This document shows, in pieces, positions 53,490 through 64,000 of a stretch of DNA of 64,000 bases. The DNA is taken from assembly GCF_002113885.1 (NCBI RefSeq), contig NW_018408021.1, forward strand, positions 943,873-1,007,872, read 5' to 3'. Numbering within the stretch: position 1 is the stretch's first letter; the number at the start of each line of letters is the position of its first letter. The notes beneath the pieces were generated by a model. That model was given only the letters and a program-made list of their open reading frames with translations, did no database searches and was not told the DNA's origin. The position numbers and the translations under genes are program-made. Source of the stretch: Mizuhopecten yessoensis (taxonomy: Eukaryota).

Positions 53490-53805
53490 TAGGGATACTC
53501 AAAGGGTTACGGTCACATATATTCTCGTTACCCTGGAATATGTCATGAAAAAAGCGAAAAGTCAGAGTGCATCGCCTTGTCGATGATACAAGAAGACTAG
53601 TTTGATTCCTTGATGTACATCAAAAGAATCCCGCGACCGCGTAACGGTAAAATTGGCTGGCTTTGGAGTCATGTGTCACTCCTATGTATTCTTTAGAGGA
53701 CAGGTATTAATTAGCCCAGCGATTGATCAGTTCTTTTTAACCTGAGAAAAATAGCTAGCCGTGTATCTTCAATTTTGCCATGACATATTCCAGGGTGCAG
53801 AAAAT
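53490..53805 (+). mobile_element. MITE family C, degenerate copy
   Basis: Shares TTGATGTACATCAAAAGAATCCCGCG...GTAACGGTAAA and TIR remnants with 18189..18534. Confidence 0.65.
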
Positions 53806-54269
53806 ATAAGGATGGGGATTCCAAAGTAAAACAATGTTCCCATGAAATGATTTCACTTTATTCCATGGAATTTTAGTTTCGAATTTGAAAACTTTTCTCT
53901 TTGCTCATAGCATAGAAATGGTTTTCATGATCACATCGATACATACAAATAAATTCCAAAACATCTTAAATAATTTTACATTTTTATCTTTACAAAATCG
54001 AAAAATACTCAAGTTGAAATTTTGAGTCATTCAAAGAGTACATACGTATACGTTAGATAACGTATTTTATGGGATGATCATTTTCGAGTCTTTTTGTGGG
54101 GAAAATTATCACGAATTATATTATCCGGCAAATACAATGAAAAGAGTAAAAGAGCGTTTATTATATATATTCCGAAATATATCTTAGGTCACCCAAAATC
54201 ATATGCACGATTTTATCGACATTACTTTATTACATAATTATCTGACTGAAATCCAAAATCTTGCAAGGT

Positions 54270-54640
54270 CCCTTATCTTTATGTCGATGACGTACTGTCT
54301 TTATTTAAAAAAAGACTGTTTTTGTACACTCTTGAACTTATTTTAAGGACACTGAAGACTATTCCTCTTCATCCGCTCAGCTTCATATTTTCTTACAAAG
54401 TAACCGTTTACTGAGCTGAACGATATGCATGACGATTTCGATTTTCATGTATCATGAACGCTTTCTGACAGCAATATCCATGCCTCCCCCATCTACGGTG
54501 TTTACAAGTCGCAACTATTTCAATAATCAATGGTTGTCTCTGAATATCATGGTTTCCGAGAAAGATGTCAATTGCAGGCAGTAAAAAACAAACTTACATC
54601 AAAATGTTTCGACATTTACACAGATGCAGACTGTGTTCAA
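54270..54640 (+). mobile_element. Penelope-like retroelement reverse-transcriptase relic
   Basis: Frameshifted peptides YVDDVLS (54280..54300), DDFDF and SNIHASPIYGVYKSQL (54470..54517) match the RT and thumb region of mollusc-type Penelope-like elements as I recall them. Confidence 0.6.
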
Positions 54641-54928
54641 CTTTTTGTTGCCATTACTAAGATATATTCAATTTTATTGTGCGACAGGTCAATTGAAGTA
54701 AACAATATGCTCATTTGTTTATTGATTTGTGATTTCGATGTAGATACTCAGGTTCATAATTTGACGGGTCCACCATATTGGTAACGCTTCCAGAACTACA
54801 GCGGGGTTGTGGAGTGACAGCCTTCATAAGATAAAGATATAGATATAGCCCTACCTTACAAAATAAAGTCATCGAGGCAATATTACTTCAGGGGGACAAT
54901 ATTGCTTACATATTGTTCGGGACATCCA

Positions 54929-55012
54929 TTAACTCATTCACCCCTACCATTGAACTATTTCTATAATTGAATTGGAAGAGTTAAAATGTGTCTTCAGGGT
55001 TGAATGAGTTAA
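54929..55012 (-). mobile_element. MITE family B copy
   Basis: Reverse-orientation, slightly deleted copy of 5491..5581. Confidence 0.75.
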
Positions 55013-55752
55013 TATTTCTGGGTTGTTAAAGGTTATGATCTCAACGACAGTGGGGGCGTCGGGCGGCAGCTCCCGTATAGGATGTACAGCCTTATCTAAT
55101 AAAACGAGATGACAACACAATATCTTGCATGATTTATTTATTTCAGGCATCCCTTAAGACTTCGGTGATTTTGAAGGTTTTGATGTCCTCACCGGTAGCT
55201 GGTGGTTTCAAAGATTACTTTCAATATCCTTGTGTGTTTTGTTCAGTATTGGTAAAGACCATGCAGTTTATTGTTGAAAGTTACCACTTTACGAACTAGA
55301 GTGTTTGACAATGCAAATCCAAATCAGAGTATTAGCTGATTTATTGTCAACAGTAAATATTTTCACGGTTTGGCTAAGACATATACTGGAGTAGGGATAC
55401 CTAGGGTAAATGAAAGTTACAAAAATCAGTGCACGTACGAGTTCATAACTTCATAAGGATTTGTGTTTTCAATTCAACGAAATCTTGAATCTAGAAATAT
55501 GAATTTGTTTCTCTGATTATTTATGCACAGCGTCCATATCGAGGTTTACATCGACGAATCCAAGAGGAATTTGATGTCAATGTAATTCCTTTATATATAT
55601 ATATATATATTTCTTTGTATTCTGCATTGCCAAAATAAAGAGTAGAAGAAAAAAATATTTTTGCTATCTCAATAACCATTATGACTCTGCTTCAGTTTGA
55701 CATATAATTTGTTTCTCATAGATACCAAGAGGGAACTTACTTATCTGGAAGC

Positions 55753-56193
55753 ATGTCAGCATTTGTAATGTAGCATAAGTCCTGTAGAAGGTTCTTCCAT
55801 CCTTCAGGAGGTTCCCTAACCCCAAACAACGACACTCCACTGGTTAAACACCAGGATGTACATGCTGGAATGCACTTTGCATTTGACAAGACAGAAAACA
55901 GATAACAGATATGGTTACATCTGACACGTCGGACGTGGGAAATGCATTCATCCCCATGGCGGACAGCTAATTCCTGGTGATGATACTGGCTTGGTGTTAC
56001 ACCAGGTCGCCACCCCGTAGCTTTATTCTACATCGATATTCATAGTCACTACATTCGACACCATGGCGGAAAATATATTCATCCCCAAGGTGGTCACCCT
56101 AATCCCGGCAACGAGACTCGATTGGTTCTTCATGGAGACCTGCATGCTGCGATGGCGCTCCTTATCGTTTCACCATGTAAAACCAACCAAGAG
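55753..56193 (+). pseudogene. Mytilectin-like (MytiLec/CGL family) beta-trefoil lectin pseudogene
   Basis: Corrected translation MSAFVM*HKSCRRFFHPSGGSLTPNNDTPLVKHQDVHAGMHFAFDKTENRYGYI*HVGRGKCIHPHGGQLIPGDDTGLVLHxGRHPVALFYIDIHSHYIRHHGGKYIHPQGGHPNPGNETRLVLHGDLHAAMALLIVSP has three HPxGG...LVxHxDxH repeats. Lesions: TAG 55771..55773, 7-bp duplication near 55904, TGA 55922..55924, 1-bp deletion near 56002. Acceptor AG at 55720-55721, donor GTGAGT at 56194. Confidence 0.88.
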
Positions 56194-56435
56194 GTGAGTA
56201 TAATCATATTTATGTTTTCCTAAACATATTTATTCTGAAGGATCTTCGAACCACTGCAAAAGAAGTGAACCTATGCATTCGAAATGTAATTTCCCGGTAT
56301 GATTATTGCTTTGATAAATCATTTCTGAAATGAAAAGTATATTTTGCTGGTCTTTTATGAAAAAAAGATATGGACAAAATAATAAAGATAATAATAATAC
56401 AAATGATAATAAAATAAAAAAAATAGTGTTCTACA

Positions 56436-56551
56436 TGTATGTGGAGAAAGTCATCGTGGCTGAACCAGGATTCGAACCCGGAACCACAAACTGTTGTACT
56501 GTTGCTCTAATCGACTGAGCTATCTACTGAACAGAAGTATTCTGCGCTACT
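56436..56551 (-). mobile_element. tRNA-like unit resembling a solo LTR of a tRNA-bearing TRIM
   Basis: Minus strand reads GTAGCGCAGAATACTTCTGTTCAGTAGATAGCTCAGTCGATTAGAGC...CCGGGTTCGAATCCTGG...TACA; related to 32092..32210. Confidence 0.55.
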
Positions 56552-58671
56552 ATTGTGGCCTTAACGAAATGAAGAGGAGGGTATGCATATACGAAAATCA
56601 CAGTGCAGCGGGACAGGGATCCTTAAATAACATCTAAGAATTGGTAAATGTGATGTTCATTCCATACGTAAGAATGTACGTTCGGTTTATTATGATTTTA
56701 TGGATTATTTCGCCTTTATTTTAAAATAATTTGTCAAAAATTGAAGAGCACATCCTCTTGTTATCATCCTTTTAAACAATATTTACTTTAAAGGTTACTG
56801 AAAGGTAGTGTTACTTTTAGTTAGCTACTGTCACAGTAATCGAGCAGGGTCCAAGTGTCAAGCAAAAGTCTTTTTGACAGTTTAATATATCATGTAATTT
56901 GTATACATGTATTTGTTTATAAGCAAAACTTTCGTTGATATGTCCTTATCGTCATGTCGTGCACGTGATACATACATTGTTTTAATATTTTTCGTCAACA
57001 CTCTCTGCTGTTGGATAAACACAAAATATCCAACAATCTCTGATTAACTCCAAGTGAAAAGGATCTGACATTTACCATGCTTGACATAAATTTTAACATT
57101 TCATTTCTCAATATGTATATAATAATATGCTTTCCCAGATTTCACATATTTAAGGTTCAGGAATTACTGAATTGTACTTATTATCACATATATTTTTTTC
57201 ATAACTAAATTTGAATATATTAAATAGATAAACGCATCTTTTAAAATTTCATTCATCTACTTAAATAATCTGCATGATTTTAAACATAATTCTTGAGAAC
57301 TGATATGACTAATACACTTTTTGAAATAATAATGTTGTCATTTTTATTAATTGAGTTTTCAATGGATGTATAGTAAAAAATAGTGTTTTATTGATATGCA
57401 AATATAATAATGATATGCATTATAAAATCCATTCTTTCCCTGAATGCTATTGTGATAAAGTGCCCGATAATAATTACCGTCACAGTTACCAAAACGGGAC
57501 ACTATTAAGTTGAATATGTGTTTTATACCATAGTATCAATCAAAGATGTTTGTACATTTTTCATAAATAGATATCATCCACTTTTATTTCTATTAAAACA
57601 TTCCCACAATTGATCAACTTTGGGTCCCATCCCGTATTGGGTACACTGGCGTTAGCCACTTAGTACAGTGTACTCACTTTAAATATATATGATGGGGGGA
57701 AGAAAACAAGGACTCGTGCTAAAATAATACAATTAATATTACATAAAGAGGTGAACATTAAATTACCAGATTGAAATAAATGAGAAACATATATACGACA
57801 TTAGGTAAAAGTCATATTTAAAATTGTCATGTTAAAAATTAAACAATCAAATTAAAGCATACATATTTAAATTCGAACTTGGAAACTGACTCTGTGATTT
57901 TCAAATTTATATCGGCCTCCTCGATAGACATATCTTTTCTTCCATTCCCTTGGAATATTTCATGACAAAATTGAAGTCGTTTTACAGATGATAACGTAAT
58001 GTATTCTGATGTCTTTGATGAAATCGCTCTACATCGTAACGGTAAATCAGCAGTCTTTGATTTTGGAAGTAACATCTCTGTAATCTTTAAAGGCCATGGA
58101 GCAGCCTACCAATTGGTAAGATTTGTTATACCTGAAACCAATCAAATAGCTTACCGTCTAGGTTGGATTGTATAATGTGTACCGTGCATTTCAATACAAA
58201 TAGAGAAAGACTCTAATACAAAATGAATGCGGCGAATATATGCGAAAAGGAAGGATGTAGCACATTCTGTTGTAACAGTTGATCCCACAACAAAACAGTG
58301 TGGGTCGCGGGTTACCCGGAAAACATATCAACATTTCAATCCGTCTCTGAGTCGGTAATTGAGGAATCTTTTCGTATTGTGCTGAATTATGTTCACGATG
58401 AACAAGTATTACGTTTAAATGTTAATAGAGGAATCTTTGACCCGATTCATCCACGAACTGGCTTTGCAATATGTTTCTCAACTTATCTGAAATATATGCT
58501 TATTTACACCTACGTAAGCGCATTTCAAAAAGATTGTGATATGCATACATAATATGTGTGTGTTTTTTTTTTCTACATGAGACTTTACTTTTGTTCCTCA
58601 TTGGATTTGGTATTTTTCATAAGAAAAAAACGCATAATTCTTATTATCTTGGTGAAGTAACAAGCAAATAC

Positions 58672-59026
58672 CTCCACCACACCTCACCACCATCACCACC
58701 ACCAACACCACAAACTCACACAAACACCACAACCTCACACCACCACTAACACCACCACCACCACCACCACAACCTAACACCACCACTAACACCACCACCA
58801 CCAACACTACCACCACNNNNNNNNNNNNNNNNNNNNNNNNNNNNNNNNNNNNNNNNNNNNNNNNNNNNNNNNNNNNNNNNNNNNNNNNNNNNNNNNNNNN
58901 NNNNNNNNNNNNNNNNNNNNNNNNNNNNNNNNNNNNNNNNNNNNNNNNNNNNNNNNNNNNNNNNNNNNNNNNNNNNNNNNNNNNNNNNNNNNNNACACAA
59001 CCACCACCACCACTAACACCACCAAG
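58672..59026. repeat. (CAC)n-type microsatellite spanning an assembly gap (N 58817..58994)
   Basis: Directly visible. Confidence 0.9.
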
Positions 59027-60136
59027 CAAAAACGTTTAAATACTATCCTTTCTCATGCTATGACATGCGAGTTAGGAGATTTGTGAAAGGGTGTGCTTGT
59101 CTCATGTACATATGTATATGTTTGCATCATTGACGCTAGTTATTCGTGAATGATATATGAGATTGTTTAGGTATTTCGTGCTTCAATCAACTCTGCATCA
59201 AAATCGATTATATCTACTCTCGTCTTCCTATATAAAAATACATATGAAATGAATAACTCGACCTTGAATATACGCGGAAATCAGAGAGGAGGTGACAAGG
59301 TAACTGAAAATTATATCACGAATTCAAACTTCAATGTTGCTATCGACATATTCGCAAAATTCTGAGAACGTCTAGCAAAACTGCAGACAATTATCAAATA
59401 CATTCCTAACCAAATTAAAGTATGTGCTTAGCTTTAGCCATTTACACATTTATAAGATGAAGAATAATGCGACAGTATTTGTATTTGAACAGAGCGGAGG
59501 CTTCAGTAATATTCGTATTTTCTTTGTCTGAGAAAGAAACTGTAAAAAATAGATATCAAACTGTAGGTTCCAAGATTGAAGTATTTACTAGACGGATCCG
59601 CTCTTTTCTTAAGTTTAGAGACTACAAGGCTTGCGACTGCTCGATTGAATGTACAGGTAGCGTGTAATTGTTTAAATTTCTTAAATAACAATAAAAGTCT
59701 CCACGTACTGAACAAACATTAAATTTCAAATTGATCAAATTAGACACATGAACCGTTACAAATCAGACATTTAAATACCTGGATATACACCGGGAAATAT
59801 TTAATACATGAATGACAGAGGTGATGCAATATTGCTTTCTTCAATCAAATGTCTTCTTTTTGTGTTTTGACTCTGTAAAATGTGGACCTTGTCTCCATAC
59901 GTACAAGCTTAATTGAAATGATGCTTCATCAAAAATCAAGGATTTAGTTTAAGCATTTCATGTCTTAATTTTCTAATACGTCATACAAACCACGAGAAAT
60001 TCTTAGCGGTAGGAGAGGCATGGCAAAACTATGTAATGCTTCCCAACAATGACTATCCTGTTAACAGAACACATCCGGTGTTGTTATCAATGTTTTTAAG
60101 GAATGAGGTTGTGATGCGGCGGATGTAACAGAAGAG

Positions 60137-60221
60137 TATAAAGGACGGTTCGTTTGGGATGCTGCAGTTAACCCGCAGAAGGAGACCAGACCCGCTTTCC
60201 TAACATTCATAGACGGTATGT
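60137..60221 (+). promoter_or_regulatory. Candidate TATA box, initiator and non-coding first exon
   Basis: TATAAAGG at 60137, GCAGTT with its A 29 nt downstream (60166), and donor ACG|GTATGT at 60215/60216. Confidence 0.4.
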
Positions 60222-61444
60222 ACATGTTTCTTGATTGTAGGCTGTAATGAATGATACCTGGTTAAACTTTTGTTGATAGAAATAATGAGAACGTTAAAGA
60301 TTATAGTAACCTTTTACATTTCTTCAAGGTTTCAAGACCTTGAAATAATTCTTGTTTTCCCCTTAACAAAATAACTATTATACTGTTGGATTATTATGTA
60401 AAACAGTTGCTTATTCAGCTTTATAGTGCAACCTCATCGGAAGAGTATTAACAAAAAATATTAATATTTGTTTCAACAAATAATGTCAAAAGGATTGAGC
60501 AACATGCATAATGTTTTTTTTCTTCAAAAAACTCCAATCACAAAACTCAGGTAGAAAAATGTTGACATGTTTAAAATATCTTAGATATATGCATGAATTC
60601 GTAAGAAGTAGTCAATTTACATATAGAATATAAAAGTTGGCTTTAATTATCAATTATTGTCGGAATTGGAACAGAGACTCCAATGGGGAGTGGCACATAT
60701 CTGAGTGAAGTTGTTTCAGCAAAATATTAGAGACGTGTTATCCGAATAAAGATTGTAAAGATTGCCTTGTCCGGTACTTGTGAAAACGATAAGAATGCAT
60801 TTTCCCTATATCTTCAATGCAAATCGCCAGATTAGATGTCGCAAATACTAAAGGTAACTTTTGCTCGGATAAATACTTTTTGAAACTTGCACAGTAAATT
60901 GGTTTTCAAAGTCTTGCGGGTTTGTAGGACAGCTCAATATTCACATAATGCAAATTGTTCGGATGATAAGTTAACATAAACAGGCAATGTAAAAAGAAAA
61001 ATGAAAAAAAAGATGTTGGTCGACCAACTAAACTTCACAGTTTGGAGAAATATTCAGTTGTTAATATTTTACTACGACTATCCGCAAATCTCATTTTTCT
61101 TTTGTTCGTTTGATATTAACACTAACTTTGTATTAGCTGCAGGGTTTCAAACAGTGAAAACGTTGCCGGTAAAGCGTCAAACGCCTTCAAAAGTAAAATA
61201 GTTTAGAAGCTGTCGGTAAAGCGTAAAGAGATTTCAAAAGGAAAACGTAGGGTGACAAGTTTCTACCAAATTAGAAAGTAAACAGCTGAAAATTAAATAA
61301 AAGAAATTAAATTGACCATATAGTTACATATGCAACTTTTGTTATCTGTGTTAAAAATATGATATTGATAAACATTTTATGATGAACATGTAACATACAC
61401 ATCATATTGATAAATTACACCCTTAAGGTTCACAGCAGCTTTTA

Positions 61445-62060
61445 AAACACCACTCACGGCTATAATATACGACACTCAGCGCTATTATATACGACACTCA
61501 GAGCTATAATATACCACACTCTGATCCATAGTATACAATACTCGGAGCTATAAAATACCACCTTTCAGCTATATTAAACCACCCTACAGATATAATTTAC
61601 CATCATCCAGCTATAATCTACCACATTTAGAGCTATGATATATCAAACTCATTTCTTTAATATACCACACATGAGAGTTATAACATACCACAATCAGTGC
61701 TAAATATACCACTCAGATATATAGTATACCACACTCAGATCGATAATATACCACACTCAGAGCTATAATATACCACACTCAGAGCTATGATATATACACA
61801 CAGAGCTATAATATACACACTCAGAGCTATAATATACCACGCTCTGAGTTATAATATACCACGCTCTGCGCTATAATATACCACGCTCTGAGCTATAATA
61901 TACTACAATCAGAGCTGTACTATACCACCCTTCAGCAATAATATAGCGCTCGCAGCTTTTACACTCACAGCTTTAACACGGCGCTCAAAGTGAAAACACA
62001 CCACGTAGAGTTATAATATATCACTCTCAGCTATAAGATATCTCACAGCTATAATATATT
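61445..62060. repeat. ~22-bp degenerate minisatellite (CAGAGCTATAATATACCACACT)n
   Basis: Direct units, best conserved 61735..61910. Confidence 0.85.
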
Positions 62061-62269
62061 GCTCACTTTTACATTTTATACTAATAATGACATTTTACTA
62101 CATCAGTTGTACCATATAACCATAGTAACACTTAATCTACACAGTTTTATTTATACAAAGTTACCCTTTATTCAGCAGTATTACACTTTAGCATCATGGC
62201 TACACTATTTTAACATACATGTACATGTATCACCTCATATAAGGAATTCTATGATGGCATAAAAATATT

Positions 62270-64000
62270 CTTTATCTATTGGTTCCTTCGTTCTAAGATA
62301 AGTTCCTATATTATGTAATAGTATTTCTTTAAATAATGCAAATGCAGAAGTGATATTAATGTTCTTGTTTTGGTATTTCACTATATTTCGAACCTTTCAA
62401 ATGGTATATTTCATAGTTATTGTAACTGTGTAAAATAAATTATTTTGGTCATCTTCATAATCCCCAAGTAGATATTTCTTTTCATTTCAAATGATGTCAA
62501 ATAATTTACATTTCCACAAAATATTATCAGATATATGATGTTATACATGTGATATAAACTGCTGAACATAATCACAATTGTAAAACAGATGACAAAGTGA
62601 TTCTATGTTTTCACAAAAATGACATTTTCCATCGGATCTATTCATTAATTGCAATTTTGCTTCTGTGAAAATAGTCTTATGAATACAATTCCACTCAAAT
62701 TACTTCATTTTTTGGAGTGTTCTTGGTTTTGGTCTAAATATTTCCCCAGTTTTGTATCTCAATATTTCTGGTTTGATAGTAATCTTCCCATTTTATTTCT
62801 GCATTAGGATTACAGTCAGGCATAGCTATTTTTTGTATCTTGCTTTCTTGAAGCATTTTAGGTAGAATGATAAAGTGCTGCTTTTTTCATTATCTTTAAT
62901 AATGAGTTGTAATTTAAAATTAATGAAGCACTCCTTATCGTGGTACATATCATTTTTAAGTATTTCTTGATATTTTTGTGAGATTGATCTCTTGATTGTT
63001 GTAAACTCAGATATCCAATTGTGTTTTCTTATCAGTCTTTGTAAAAGAGAGTTACTGTCAATAAAGCATTTATCTGTTTCATTCCAAATATCTTTTAATA
63101 TTGTTTTGTGTAGAGCAGGGACTTAGAGTTAATCTTAAAAAGTAAATTTCTGAATAATTTCTGGTTTGAGACTTCATTTTTACTATTGACTGGTATACTT
63201 GCTCTAAAAATTGATCAAGCTTTAATACATAGTTGATAAAATTTTGAAGGATATTCAAATTAATGCCTTCTAGTCTGGAACATGAACAAATGAACTATCT
63301 ATTACAAAATTTTCTATCAAATTTCTGCAGGAAGAATTTCCCAAATGCATTCCATTTTTTTAAGTTGGAGTGCAATATTCTTTACAATGTTTTAACATTT
63401 TCACTTTAGTTAAATACATCAATATCTACCATATTCATTCCACCATTTGCTGTTGCATTACAACAGGTCTTCTTGCTGCACTGGTTTTATTGTCATAATG
63501 TTCTTTGATTTTTCTTTTTAAAAGTTTCATTTGTTCACTTGACTCAGAACTTTGTTCTAAAAGGTATTCTATTTTTTTCTCCATTTCTCTGATTGGTTTG
63601 TCCTTTGTATTTATATATCATCCTATTTCCATAGTAAATTCTTTAATTCTAATTTTTGTTATTTCCCACCATTCCAAAATACTTGCATGTTTATCTATTG
63701 ATTTTGCCCAGCTACATGTATTCCAACACTGTTCAAAGGTTTGTGAAAATATTGAATGTTTAATTACTTTGTTGCTCATTTTCCAATTACCTGGTCGACG
63801 TTCAATTTCATGTGGTAAATTTTTTATCGACACCATATTGTGATCACTGTAAGGACAGTGTTTTATTTGTGCATTAGTGAAAAGATGATTTAAAGGAGCT
63901 GGAGTTAATATTTTATCAATTCTTGATTCTGAGAGTCCACGTTTAAAAGTAAATTTCTTAGTGGTATCATATTGTCAGCGCCAGATATCTTCAAGGTTAT
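62270..64000 (-). mobile_element. L1/Tx1-like LINE ORF2 relic
   Basis: Minus strand: endonuclease motifs KFTFKRGLSESRID (~63915..63957) and CPYSDH...RRPGNWK, then GGMNMVDI (~63421..63444) and the C-terminal knuckle CHFCENIESLCHLFYNC (~62575..62625); many stops and frameshifts. Confidence 0.8.

Noticed and set aside
58598-59029. Gly/Val-rich ORFs
   Set aside because: Artefacts of the CAC microsatellite and the N gap

Overview
AT-rich animal genomic DNA with spliceosomal introns. It is most likely from a bivalve mollusc (inference from a mytilectin-family lectin relic and the SINE/MITE types); there are no prokaryotic features. Genes assembled by hand from GT-AG junctions: (1) the 3' eight exons of an NAAA-like N-acylethanolamine acid amidase (+, <1..11431); (2) a complete 8-exon RDH12/13/14-like short-chain dehydrogenase (+, 20408..27724); (3,4) two convergent single-exon orphan ORFs of 470 and 389 aa; (5) an intronless Kelch protein with only a stub of BTB and no BACK domain (-, 48246..49427); (6) a mytilectin-like beta-trefoil lectin pseudogene missed by the ORF track (+, 55753..56193). 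The rest is dense with SINEs, MITEs, minisatellites and relics of Crypton, CR1-like, Penelope-like and L1/Tx1-like elements. The most notable observations are: a complete 378-bp miniature LTR element whose LTRs each carry a full tRNA-like Pol III unit (38073..38450); a ~70-copy 42-bp minisatellite that is an amplified NAAA exon end plus its 5' splice site; and a strongly base-paired RNA-like module capping a Meta-type SINE (44055..44130). All family assignments are from motif recognition, not database searches.
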